Shown: piece by piece, positions 16,824 to 23,832 of the stretch
Numbering within the stretch: the stretch's first letter is position 1
Layout: the number at the start of each line of letters is the position of its first letter
Virus record (IMG/VR): IMGVR_UViG_3300027899_000001
Span: 341,017 to 405,016 of that record
Reading direction: 5' to 3' (one strand)
DNA: 64,000 nt
The notes under the pieces: model-generated
Told to the model about the DNA's origin: nothing
What the model saw: only the letters and a program-made list of their open reading frames with translations
Database searches by the model: none
Program-made: the position numbers and the translations under genes

Positions 16824-16904
16824 TGCCGCCGGAGGGACTCGAACCCCCAAGCCTTTCGGGTCTGATCTACAGTCAGGTGAGCCAACCAATTGCTCAACGT
16901 CGGC
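16824..16904 (-). tRNA. tRNA-Tyr(GUA)
   Basis: Loop CUGUAGA, long variable arm, A73. Confidence 0.88.
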
Positions 16905-16944
16905 GTTTGGCTGTCTTTCCAGCCTGTCATTATCAATTCGTGAA

Positions 16945-17136
16945 TTATATTAATTTAACATTAATTGCATTCAATCCTTTTGGTCCTTCTTTTAAATCGA
17001 ATTCGACTTTGTCGTTTTCGTTAATAGTATCTACACATCCTGTTACGTGTACAAAATACTCTTTAGAATCTCTGTTGTCTTTGATAAATCCAAATCCTTT
17101 AACTGAGTTAAAAAATTTTACTGTTCCTTCATTCAT
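16945..17136 (-). CDS. csp: Cold-shock protein
   Basis: GTVKFFN..KGFGFI, FVHV, GPKGLNAINV. Confidence 0.95.
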   Translation of the reverse strand: MNEGTVKFFNSVKGFGFIKDNRDSKEYFVHVTGCVDTINENDKVEFDLKEGPKGLNAINVKLI

Positions 17137-17184
17137 ATTATTAATTTATTTTAATTAGCATAGACACTATGTCTATGTTTACTT

Positions 17185-17550
17185 TTAACCATGTTCCATT
17201 TGTGAGTCATATTCAATTGCTTCAATAACTGAAACTGTTATATCTTTTATATCATCTATTTCTTTTATTTCCTTTTCCCAAAAGTGATTTGATATAAGTC
17301 TAGAATCTAATTCTTCATAGTTTACAATTTCTGTATATCCTGCTCCATAACCACTTCTTTTATTATATTCTGCTCTTTGGCTTATCCAATCATTTAGGGC
17401 GTCAATAAACATATCTCTTTTCATTTTTATTAAACAAAATTTATCGTCAGAATAATATCCATAATTACCTGGTAGCCATACATAATCTTCATCTGCTAAA
17501 ACTATTGTTAAACCATCAAAATTAAATGTTACTAATTCTTTTTCTTTCAT
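17185..17550 (-). CDS. Hypothetical protein
   Basis: 121-aa ORF. Confidence 0.65.
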   Translation of the reverse strand: MKEKELVTFNFDGLTIVLADEDYVWLPGNYGYYSDDKFCLIKMKRDMFIDALNDWISQRAEYNKRSGYGAGYTEIVNYEELDSRLISNHFWEKEIKEIDDIKDITVSVIEAIEYDSQMEHG

Positions 17551-18350
17551 GATATTAATTTTTTAAATTCTTCTATTTGTTTATATAATTTTTCTTTATT
17601 AATTTCATTTATAGGGTTAACCCATTTTATTCTAATAACTTTCCACTCATGCTGTAATAAAAAATCATCTTTTATTTTATCTTTTTCTTTTCGTTCTTCA
17701 TGTTGTTTTCCATCTATTTCTAAAGCTATTTTTTTATCTACAAATGCAAAATCAATCCACCATCTATTAACTTTATAGTCTCTATGCCATCCAGTTATAT
17801 TTTCATTTTCAAATAAAGATATAAAGTATTTTTCAGGATATGATGGCGCATTATCTTTTCTAGATTTCCATCCTATAAAAGTTCCGTTTGCAATTCTTTC
17901 GTGTGCTTTATCAGAAATCTTTTTCTTAGCAGATTCACTACAACCATGGTGTTTTCTTGCACATTCTCTAGAACAATATATTCGCCTTTTATATCTTGTT
18001 TTATATTCTTTTTTACATTCAGGACATATTTTTTGAATATATTCTAATGATAATATATCAGTTTCATGCTGTTTATACCTTAGAGTTTTTCCTATTTTTT
18101 CTTTAGTTTCTTTACTTAATATACGTTTTTTATTGTTGAAAGAATTTGAACAGCTTTTAGAACAAAAAGTACTATAGCGATGTTTATAATCAAAACCAAC
18201 ATTACAATTTTTACATTTTTTAGGAGCTTTATTATATTCAGCTATTCTTTTTTGTTTTAATAATGATAGTTTTTCTCTTCCTTTTTTAAATGCATTTCTT
18301 GCATTTTCTTGATGTTTTAATGAACCTTGATAATTTTTATCTTTAGACAT
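17547..18350 (-). CDS. Free-standing endonuclease (Cys-rich N-terminus + DUF559/Vsr-like domain)
   Basis: CKNC..FCSKSC, CPEC..YCSREC; SYPEKYF, WIDFAF...LEIDGKQH. Confidence 0.85.
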   Translation of the reverse strand: MSKDKNYQGSLKHQENARNAFKKGREKLSLLKQKRIAEYNKAPKKCKNCNVGFDYKHRYSTFCSKSCSNSFNNKKRILSKETKEKIGKTLRYKQHETDILSLEYIQKICPECKKEYKTRYKRRIYCSRECARKHHGCSESAKKKISDKAHERIANGTFIGWKSRKDNAPSYPEKYFISLFENENITGWHRDYKVNRWWIDFAFVDKKIALEIDGKQHEERKEKDKIKDDFLLQHEWKVIRIKWVNPINEINKEKLYKQIEEFKKLIS

Positions 18351-18410
18351 ATTGTTTTTATATTATATATCTAAAAATTAGTCGAGTTTTAATTATTCGA
18401 ACAAAAAATG

Positions 18411-18490
18411 TAGGGTGAACGGGATTCGAACCCGCGTAAAAACTCCTGATCCCAAATCAGGCGAGATAAACCTGGCTCCTCTACCACCCT
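18411..18490 (-). tRNA. tRNA-Pro(UGG)
   Basis: CCUGA-UUUGGGA-UCAGG anticodon arm. Confidence 0.88.
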
Positions 18491-18498
18491 ATTTATTG

Positions 18499-18582
18499 TG
18501 CTCTCTGTCGGACTCGAACCGACATCCATTTAAGGACAGCTTCTTAGGCTGATGCGTCTTATTCCAGTTGCGCCAAGAGAGC
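18499..18582 (-). tRNA. tRNA-Leu(AAG)
   Basis: CAGC-CUAAGAA-GCUG arm; body nearly identical to tRNA-Leu(UAG) at 18678. Confidence 0.85.
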
Positions 18583-18588
18583 ATTTTG

Positions 18589-18673
18589 TGCCTCTGAAGG
18601 GAGTCGAACCCTCATGGTCTTTCGACCCACGGATTTTAAGTCCGTTGCGTACTACCAATTTCGCCACAGAGGC
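18589..18673 (-). tRNA. tRNA-Leu(UAA)
   Basis: ACGGA-CUUAAAA-UCCGU, long variable arm. Confidence 0.92.
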
Positions 18674-18677
18674 ATTG

Positions 18678-18761
18678 TGCTCTCTGTCGGACTCGAACCG
18701 ACATCCAACTAAGGCGTGCTCCTAAGGCACGTGCGTCTTAATCCAGTTGCGCCAAGAGAGC
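18678..18761 (-). tRNA. tRNA-Leu(UAG)
   Basis: CGUGC-CUUAGGA-GCACG. Confidence 0.9.
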
Positions 18762-18791
18762 AAAAATCAACATGTCAAAGACCTAAAATTG

Positions 18792-18864
18792 TGGAGCAAA
18801 TTGTATCGAAACAATACCTTATGTTCTTCAGACATACGTGACACACCTATTACACCATTGCTCC
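18792..18864 (-). tRNA. tRNA-Phe(GAA), atypical T arm
   Basis: UAUGU-CUGAAGA-ACAUA; T arm AUUGU-UUCGAU-ACAAU lacks G53:C61. Confidence 0.75.
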
Positions 18865-18867
18865 ATT

Positions 18868-18918
18868 TATGGCTGGTGATTTGAATCCCATTTAATCGTT
18901 CTACCTTAACGAACCATA
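18868..18918 (-). ncRNA. Mini tRNA-like element lacking an anticodon arm
   Basis: UAUGGUU/AGCCAUA stem, D-like hairpin CGUU-AAGGUAG-AACG, T-like UUCAAAU loop. Confidence 0.45.
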
Positions 18919-18929
18919 TTTTTTATTTG

Positions 18930-19010
18930 CTGCCCTGAGTGGATTCGAACCACTATCCCAAGTTTCAAAGACTCAGATAATTAACTTTCGCACCTTTATA
19001 CGACAGGGCA
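18930..19010 (-). tRNA. tRNA-Gln(UUG) with enlarged D loop
   Basis: U1:A72, G73, loop CUUUGAA; D region contains extra GCGAAAGU. Confidence 0.8.
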
Positions 19011-19012
19011 AT

Positions 19013-19086
19013 AAACTGAGAAATTCGGTTAGAGCATTTTTTCTAATTTCCAGGTTTCGAAGTATCTCTTTACCTTACTACAGTTT
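19013..19086 (-). ncRNA. Y-RNA-like element, copy 2
   Basis: AAACUGUAGUAA-GGUAAAGAGA-UACUUCG...GCUCUAACC-GAA-UUUCUCAGUUU; fills the spacer between two tRNA-Gln genes. Confidence 0.65.
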
Positions 19087-19087
19087 G

Positions 19088-19162
19088 CTGTTCTACCTGG
19101 ATTCGAACCAGGATGGACCTGGCTTCAGAGGCCAGCGCGATATCCAGTTACGCTATAGAACA
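19088..19162 (-). tRNA. tRNA-Gln(CUG)
   Basis: CUGGC-CUCUGAA-GCCAG, U1:A72, G73. Confidence 0.9.
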
Positions 19163-19166
19163 ATTT

Positions 19167-19248
19167 AAGTTGAGAAATGTGGAGTGAGTGTCTTTTTTAT
19201 TAGATTTGCATGTCTTTTACGAAGTAACTCATTTCCTTACTACAACTT
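19167..19248 (-). ncRNA. Y-RNA-like element, copy 3
   Basis: AAGUUGUAGUAA-GGAAAUGAGU-UACUUCG...ACUCACUCC-ACA-UUUCUCAACUU. Confidence 0.65.
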
Positions 19249-19905
19249 TATATTAAATATTTTTTCATAATTTTGAATATCTGATAAAAATATCATTTCA
19301 ATATTATTATAATTACTCAAAATATATCTCATTTTCTTTTTATCTTCTTCTTCATATCTTCCTTTAACTTCAAAGAACTTTTTTAAATTTGGACACCAAA
19401 AATCTGGATAATATGTGTGAATTTCCCCGAATTCATTTGTCCAAGATAAACCATCAGAAAAAGGCTTTATCCAATCTTTATCTATAATATTTAAAATAAC
19501 TGCGAAACGTTTTTCATAGGTTCCTTGTACTTTTATCTTTGTTCCATCAGGTTTTATAATTTCATACCATTTACATTTTCCGCCAGTTATCCATCCTTTA
19601 TTATTTATAGATATTTTTCTTTTTGTTTCTAAATCTCTTGGACCATTTTTTCTTCCTTTCAATTTAGAAGGTCTTCCTTTTTTAGTATCCCAAACTCTAT
19701 TTTCAGAATGAATAGCCCAAATATGAAATTTTACGCCTCTAGGATTATCATATTCTTTTTCACATATTGGACATTTATGAAAACCATTAGGTTGTTTATA
19801 AATATTAACTTTATTTTGTCTATTACCACATTTTTCATAATGTTTCTTAAAATTTGATAAACTTATTTCTTTATTACATTTATCACAAATTCTTTTATTT
19901 ACCAT
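19240..19905 (-). CDS. Free-standing endonuclease (zinc fingers + TnsA-like PD-(D/E)XK)
   Basis: CDKC..H...C, CPIC..H...H; QGTYE, YYPDF...FEVKG. Confidence 0.85.
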   Translation of the reverse strand: MVNKRICDKCNKEISLSNFKKHYEKCGNRQNKVNIYKQPNGFHKCPICEKEYDNPRGVKFHIWAIHSENRVWDTKKGRPSKLKGRKNGPRDLETKRKISINNKGWITGGKCKWYEIIKPDGTKIKVQGTYEKRFAVILNIIDKDWIKPFSDGLSWTNEFGEIHTYYPDFWCPNLKKFFEVKGRYEEEDKKKMRYILSNYNNIEMIFLSDIQNYEKIFNIKL

Positions 19906-19951
19906 ATTTTTATTTTATATATTCATATAGTAATTCTTTAATTTACTACTT

Positions 19952-20000
19952 AATGTAACACTTGTTCATTACTACATTGCTGAGAAAGCCGAAAAGTGTG
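19952..20000 (-). ncRNA. Circularly permuted Y-RNA-like element, copy 4
   Basis: ACACUUUUC-GGC-UUUCUCA GCAA UGUAGUAAU-GAACAAGUGU-UACAUU: the two conserved strands in reversed order joined by a GNRA loop. Confidence 0.6.
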
Positions 20001-20029
20001 TAATTAGCTTTTAACTTTTCCCCCATTTG

Positions 20030-20112
20030 AGACCGAGAAGGGATTCGAACCCTTGTGAGCTTTCGCTAATGGTTTTGCAGACCATCCTTTTCAACCACTC
20101 AAGCACTCAGTC
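20030..20112 (-). tRNA. tRNA-Cys(GCA) with long variable arm
   Basis: AUGGU-CUGCAAA-ACCAU, U73, variable arm AGC-GAAA-GCU. Confidence 0.85.
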
Positions 20113-20145
20113 AAATTTTATTCCAATATTTCAAATAACTTATAA

Positions 20146-20181
20146 TGCAAATATAATACTAATTTCTGAATTAAAAAAATA
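20146..20181 (-). promoter_or_regulatory. Bacteroidota sigma-A-type promoter (TAnnTTTG) upstream of tRNA array; representative of about 16 similar sites
   Basis: Minus-strand TTTTTTTAATTCAGAAATTAGTATTATATTTGCA; near-identical motifs at about 2667, 8045, 8694, 16227, 20228, 26715, 32798, 35664, 36946, 38563, 41096, 42163 (minus) and 42385, 43402 (plus), nearly all just upstream of a gene start. Confidence 0.7.
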
Positions 20182-20298
20182 TTTTTGCATTTATTTTCTA
20201 TTTTTTTTACTTATCTTAAAAATTGTATACAAATATAAACAATAATCTTGATATAAAAAAATAATTTAACACTTATTTTAAAGAACTATATAAACAAA

Positions 20299-20323
20299 GA
20301 ACCCTCCGTATTTTGGAGGGTTC
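20299..20323 (-). terminator. Terminator of putative attenuator upstream of tRNA array
   Basis: GAACCCUCC-AAAAUAC-GGAGGGUUC followed by UUUGUUUAU. Confidence 0.75.
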
Positions 20324-20351
20324 AGAAAGGAGTATATAATAAATGATATTA

Positions 20352-20462
20352 TTACCTACGCTTAACTATTCCCTCCGTTTTAACAAAATAACATAACGGT
20401 AGCTGCTCGCTAACTTGTGGGAGTTGTTGTGAAAAAGAAGAATATGTAGGTTTCAATATCAT
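20352..20462 (-). promoter_or_regulatory. Putative 36-aa leader peptide
   Basis: MILKPTYSSFSQQLPQVSEQLPLCYFVKTEGIVKRR*; contains ACGGAGGG duplicating the terminator 3' strand. Confidence 0.5.
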
Positions 20463-20554
20463 CACTTAATATTTCTTAATTTTAATATATATCAATGTAT
20501 ATTTGTAAATTATATATACTGAATGCAAAAAGTTTTAAAAAAATGAAAAATAAT

Positions 20555-20776
20555 TTAATCATTAAAAATTTTAACCAAATATAATGCTTCTTGTCTTTGT
20601 AAAAGTTCTTCATTTAATCTATCATGCAGATCTTCTATATTTACTAAACCATTCTTTTTGGCTGCTTTAACGTAATTATTTATTAGAACCTTACAATTAG
20701 TTATCTGATCTTCATTTTGACAAGAATTTATAATTCCTAATATTTTTTTAACTGGTACAGAATTTTTATTTTTCAT
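20555..20776 (-). CDS. Hypothetical protein
   Basis: 73-aa ORF. Confidence 0.65.
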   Translation of the reverse strand: MKNKNSVPVKKILGIINSCQNEDQITNCKVLINNYVKAAKKNGLVNIEDLHDRLNEELLQRQEALYLVKIFND

Positions 20777-20793
20777 GGCATTATATAATTTTT

Positions 20794-21192
20794 TTATTTC
20801 ATTGTTATCTTATACGTGTGACTATCATCTAAAGAATACGGAGTTCCTCTTCTAGTATAAACACGAACTTCATAAATTCTATCAGACATATTTACACTAC
20901 TAAAGTCTAATTTTATTTTAACTACTTCTATAGAAATATTTTTAGCCCATTTATATGTGTTAAAATTAAAAAAATCACCCGTTATTATTTTTCCTAATAA
21001 TTTTTGTTTAAATAATTTGCGTAATTGAGCACGTCTTTTTTTAATTATAGTACTAATGTCTTTTTGTACATTTGTATAATATATTTCATTTTGATCTCTT
21101 AAAATAAAATTCTCTTTGTATCCTATACCCATATCTTTTACTGGATCGGAATCTTCAACAAATTTTTCATTTATATGTTCTTTAACTATCAT
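20794..21192 (-). CDS. EKF-SDP-MGIG leader family protein
   Basis: N-terminus MIVKEHINEKFVEDSDPVKDMGIG shared with five other ORFs. Confidence 0.8.
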   Translation of the reverse strand: MIVKEHINEKFVEDSDPVKDMGIGYKENFILRDQNEIYYTNVQKDISTIIKKRRAQLRKLFKQKLLGKIITGDFFNFNTYKWAKNISIEVVKIKLDFSSVNMSDRIYEVRVYTRRGTPYSLDDSHTYKITMK

Positions 21193-21195
21193 AAT

Positions 21196-21602
21196 TTAAA
21201 TCATTCTTAATGTATACATATTTTTGTAGTCTTCTAAAACAAAAGAATTTCCATCTTCATCATATACGCGAACTTCAGAAAGAGTATCACACCCATATCC
21301 ATCATGAAAACTTACTCTTATTCTAACTACATTTACAGTTTTATTTTTTAGTGGTCTATAATAATCTCCTTTTTTAACTAAAAAAGTTCCTGTCATTTCT
21401 TTACCAACTAGTTTTTCTTTTAATTCTTTACGTAAAGTTTTTCTATATTTTTCTACTATCTTTTGAAATTGTTGATATGTGTATGAACCATATTCTTTTT
21501 TTGTTTAGAAAAATCATATTCTTCCTTATGACCTATACCCATTTGACGAATAGGATCACCTTCTTCTTTAAACTTTTCAAATATATGTTCTTTAACTATC
21601 AT
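21196..21602 (-). pseudogene. EKF-SDP-MGIG leader family protein split by a -1 frame break at A_AAA_AAG (21495-21501)
   Basis: MIVKEHIFEKFKEEGDPIRQMGIG... frame ends at TAG; the -1 frame joins the 21196..21396 ORF and restores similarity to both paralogous neighbours. Confidence 0.75.
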
Positions 21603-21889
21603 GCGGGTATTCTCCAATGTGTTTTTAAAAATTCTTCTTCAGTATTAAAAGTTGTTATATCAATATTTTTTGTTATTATAAAATTATACCATAATTGTTC
21701 CCATTGATCAACATTTTGTAATTTTCCTGCTTTGTGTCTTTTCATTAGATCTTTTACATAATTCCAATTATTTATAATTTCTAAAACAGTTTCATTATGA
21801 ATTATATATTCAGGCACGGACTGTTGAGCTTGCATATTTTGTTGTCCTGGTCCAAAGAACGCTTGAAAAAAATGTGGTGGTTGTTGCAT
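21599..21889 (-). CDS. Hypothetical protein, Gln-rich N-terminus
   Basis: 96-aa ORF. Confidence 0.6.
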   Translation of the reverse strand: MQQPPHFFQAFFGPGQQNMQAQQSVPEYIIHNETVLEIINNWNYVKDLMKRHKAGKLQNVDQWEQLWYNFIITKNIDITTFNTEEEFLKTHWRIPA

Positions 21890-21896
21890 ATTTATT

Positions 21897-22289
21897 TTAT
21901 TTAGCTGTTATTACATATTCTTGTTCACCCCAACTAGAGGTATTCATATTATATTTTCTTCCTTTATTTGATGTTACTATTAATTCTCTTACATATCCAT
22001 AATCTAAATCTACTACAACTTCAACACTTTTTATTAATAATGATCTTGTCATTTCTTTATATTCTGTAAAAAAATCACCCGTCACAATTTTTCCAACAAA
22101 TTTTTCACTCAGTTCTTTTTGTAATGAACTTTCCATTATTTTTAAAAGTTTTCTTTTTTCTTTATTAAATTTTTTCGCGTGAGTTGTACATAACACTTCC
22201 ATATCAATTTTTTCTTTGTATCCTATACCCATATCGTGTATAGGATCAGATTGTTCCTGAAATTTTTCAAATATGAAGTGAGCTTTCAT
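21897..22289 (-). CDS. EKF-SDP-MGIG leader family protein
   Basis: MKAHFIFEKFQEQSDPIHDMGIG; body similar to 20794..21192 (GKI.TGDFF). Confidence 0.8.
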   Translation of the reverse strand: MKAHFIFEKFQEQSDPIHDMGIGYKEKIDMEVLCTTHAKKFNKEKRKLLKIMESSLQKELSEKFVGKIVTGDFFTEYKEMTRSLLIKSVEVVVDLDYGYVRELIVTSNKGRKYNMNTSSWGEQEYVITAK

Positions 22290-22294
22290 TTAGA

Positions 22295-23071
22295 TTATTT
22301 TATTTTGAATAATTTTCTAAATAATCCTCGTGATGCTTTATGAGCATCTGCTTTTGCTGATAGATTTTCAGGATTTGAATCAGCATCAATAGCAGTCCAA
22401 ACTTCCCACTGAAATCCCCATTCAGCAAAAGGAAAATAAGTATATCCTTGATCGCCCCATTCTGCTGTCCATGAATTTCTAATAATAAATTTATCTTTAA
22501 GATATCCAGCAACACAAACTGCATGTCCACCTAACATTTCTTGACCAGTAAAATCTGGTTTCCAAAAATCCATTTTATCTGAATTAAATACTGGAAATGC
22601 AATATAACAAGGTCCATTAGCAAATAAAGCTTTTTTAAGTGAATCTACTGTATTGATTTGAGCATATCCTTGAATTTTATATTTAGCTGCTTTAAATTTT
22701 AATTCTGGCGTAATAGCTTTAAATTGTCCATAAGGATAATCTTTTTCTGTAACAATTCCAATCTTATATAAAATATCCATTGTATCTCTTGGTGTCATTC
22801 CAGAAGATTCTTGATTTGATCTTAAATTATATACAAATTGAGGTGATAAATATTCTCTAAGTTCAACATCTGTTAATTCTTCCCATTCTTTAAGTGCTGC
22901 TGCAGTTTGTGCAGAGCATGTACCTTGCTGACCTTGATCTCTTACTGGTCTCATTTGAGGTCTCAAATCCCATATTTCTGGAAGAACTACTCTGTTAGGA
23001 TATATTGATTCTAACATAAAGTCCCTTTTATCTACGGGAGATTTTTCAAGATTAAATAAATACTTTTGCAT
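22295..23071 (-). CDS. Papain-like C1 family cysteine peptidase
   Basis: DQGQQGTCSA, LSPQFVY, GGHAV, IIRNSW...WGDQGY catalytic motifs. Confidence 0.92.
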   Translation of the reverse strand: MQKYLFNLEKSPVDKRDFMLESIYPNRVVLPEIWDLRPQMRPVRDQGQQGTCSAQTAAALKEWEELTDVELREYLSPQFVYNLRSNQESSGMTPRDTMDILYKIGIVTEKDYPYGQFKAITPELKFKAAKYKIQGYAQINTVDSLKKALFANGPCYIAFPVFNSDKMDFWKPDFTGQEMLGGHAVCVAGYLKDKFIIRNSWTAEWGDQGYTYFPFAEWGFQWEVWTAIDADSNPENLSAKADAHKASRGLFRKLFKIK

Positions 23072-23080
23072 ATTATTAAA

Positions 23081-23602
23081 TTATTTTAATTTATCTACTA
23101 CACTTTTTATTTTTTCTGCGCTTTTTATAATGTGATCTAATGTATCTAAAAAATATTGATTAACTGGAGTATACTTATTACGAAAATCTACTGATGATCT
23201 TTTGTCTCCTGGCATAATTTCTTTATCTTGCCATATATTATATACTGGTTCAAAATATATTTTTATTGTTCTATATGAATATGAACTTGGAATGCCTGCA
23301 CCTGTCACTCTATATAATGCCGTAATTATATCTGGAAATTTTACATCATCTTCATACCATAATTGATTAGCGCCTTGTTTTACACAAAATTTAATAAGAT
23401 TTATTCTTTCAAATGTATTTTCTGCATAATGAGTTACTCCGATTACTAATATATCATTATATGTTGATTGAGAAGTAATTTCTTCTCTAGAGTATTCCGG
23501 AAATTTTTTTAATATTTGAGCAAGTGGACCAATACCCATGTCTTTAATAGGATCTGATTCTTCAGAGAATTTTTCATTAAGATATTCACGTACACGGTCC
23601 AT
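23081..23602 (-). CDS. EKF-SDP-MGIG leader family protein
   Basis: MDRVREYLNEKFSEESDPIKDMGIG with unrelated body. Confidence 0.8.
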   Translation of the reverse strand: MDRVREYLNEKFSEESDPIKDMGIGPLAQILKKFPEYSREEITSQSTYNDILVIGVTHYAENTFERINLIKFCVKQGANQLWYEDDVKFPDIITALYRVTGAGIPSSYSYRTIKIYFEPVYNIWQDKEIMPGDKRSSVDFRNKYTPVNQYFLDTLDHIIKSAEKIKSVVDKLK

Positions 23603-23643
23603 GAAGAGATTTTTTATTATATATTCATAGTCCAGAACAGCAA

Positions 23644-23671
23644 AAAACCCTTAGAATCATCTAAGGGTTTT
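23644..23671. terminator. Intrinsic terminator
   Basis: aaaacccttaga-atca-tctaagggtttt. Confidence 0.8.
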
Positions 23672-23690
23672 ATTTTTGAGATAAGGAATA

Positions 23691-23768
23691 CTATTTCTTA
23701 TCAGGTTTTGGTGTCTCTGAATTGCTTGGAAGCATCTTAGTAAGATCTTCAGGCTTCATTCCAATGAA
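23691..23768 (-). pseudogene. Orphaned alternative 3' end of the flotillin gene
   Basis: Translates FIGMKPEDLTKMLPSNSETPKPDKK* versus flotillin end FIGVKPEDAIAMLKPKTEVDKK*. Confidence 0.75.
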
Positions 23769-23832
23769 TTAAAAAAATTTAATGCATTAAGTACCTCAAA
23801 AAATTAAATTTTCATTAATATATAAAATAAAG

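Noticed and set aside
16823-17158. Plus-strand 111-aa ORF (also 20027..20245 and 15723..15941)
   Set aside because: Antisense to tRNA or real minus-strand genes.
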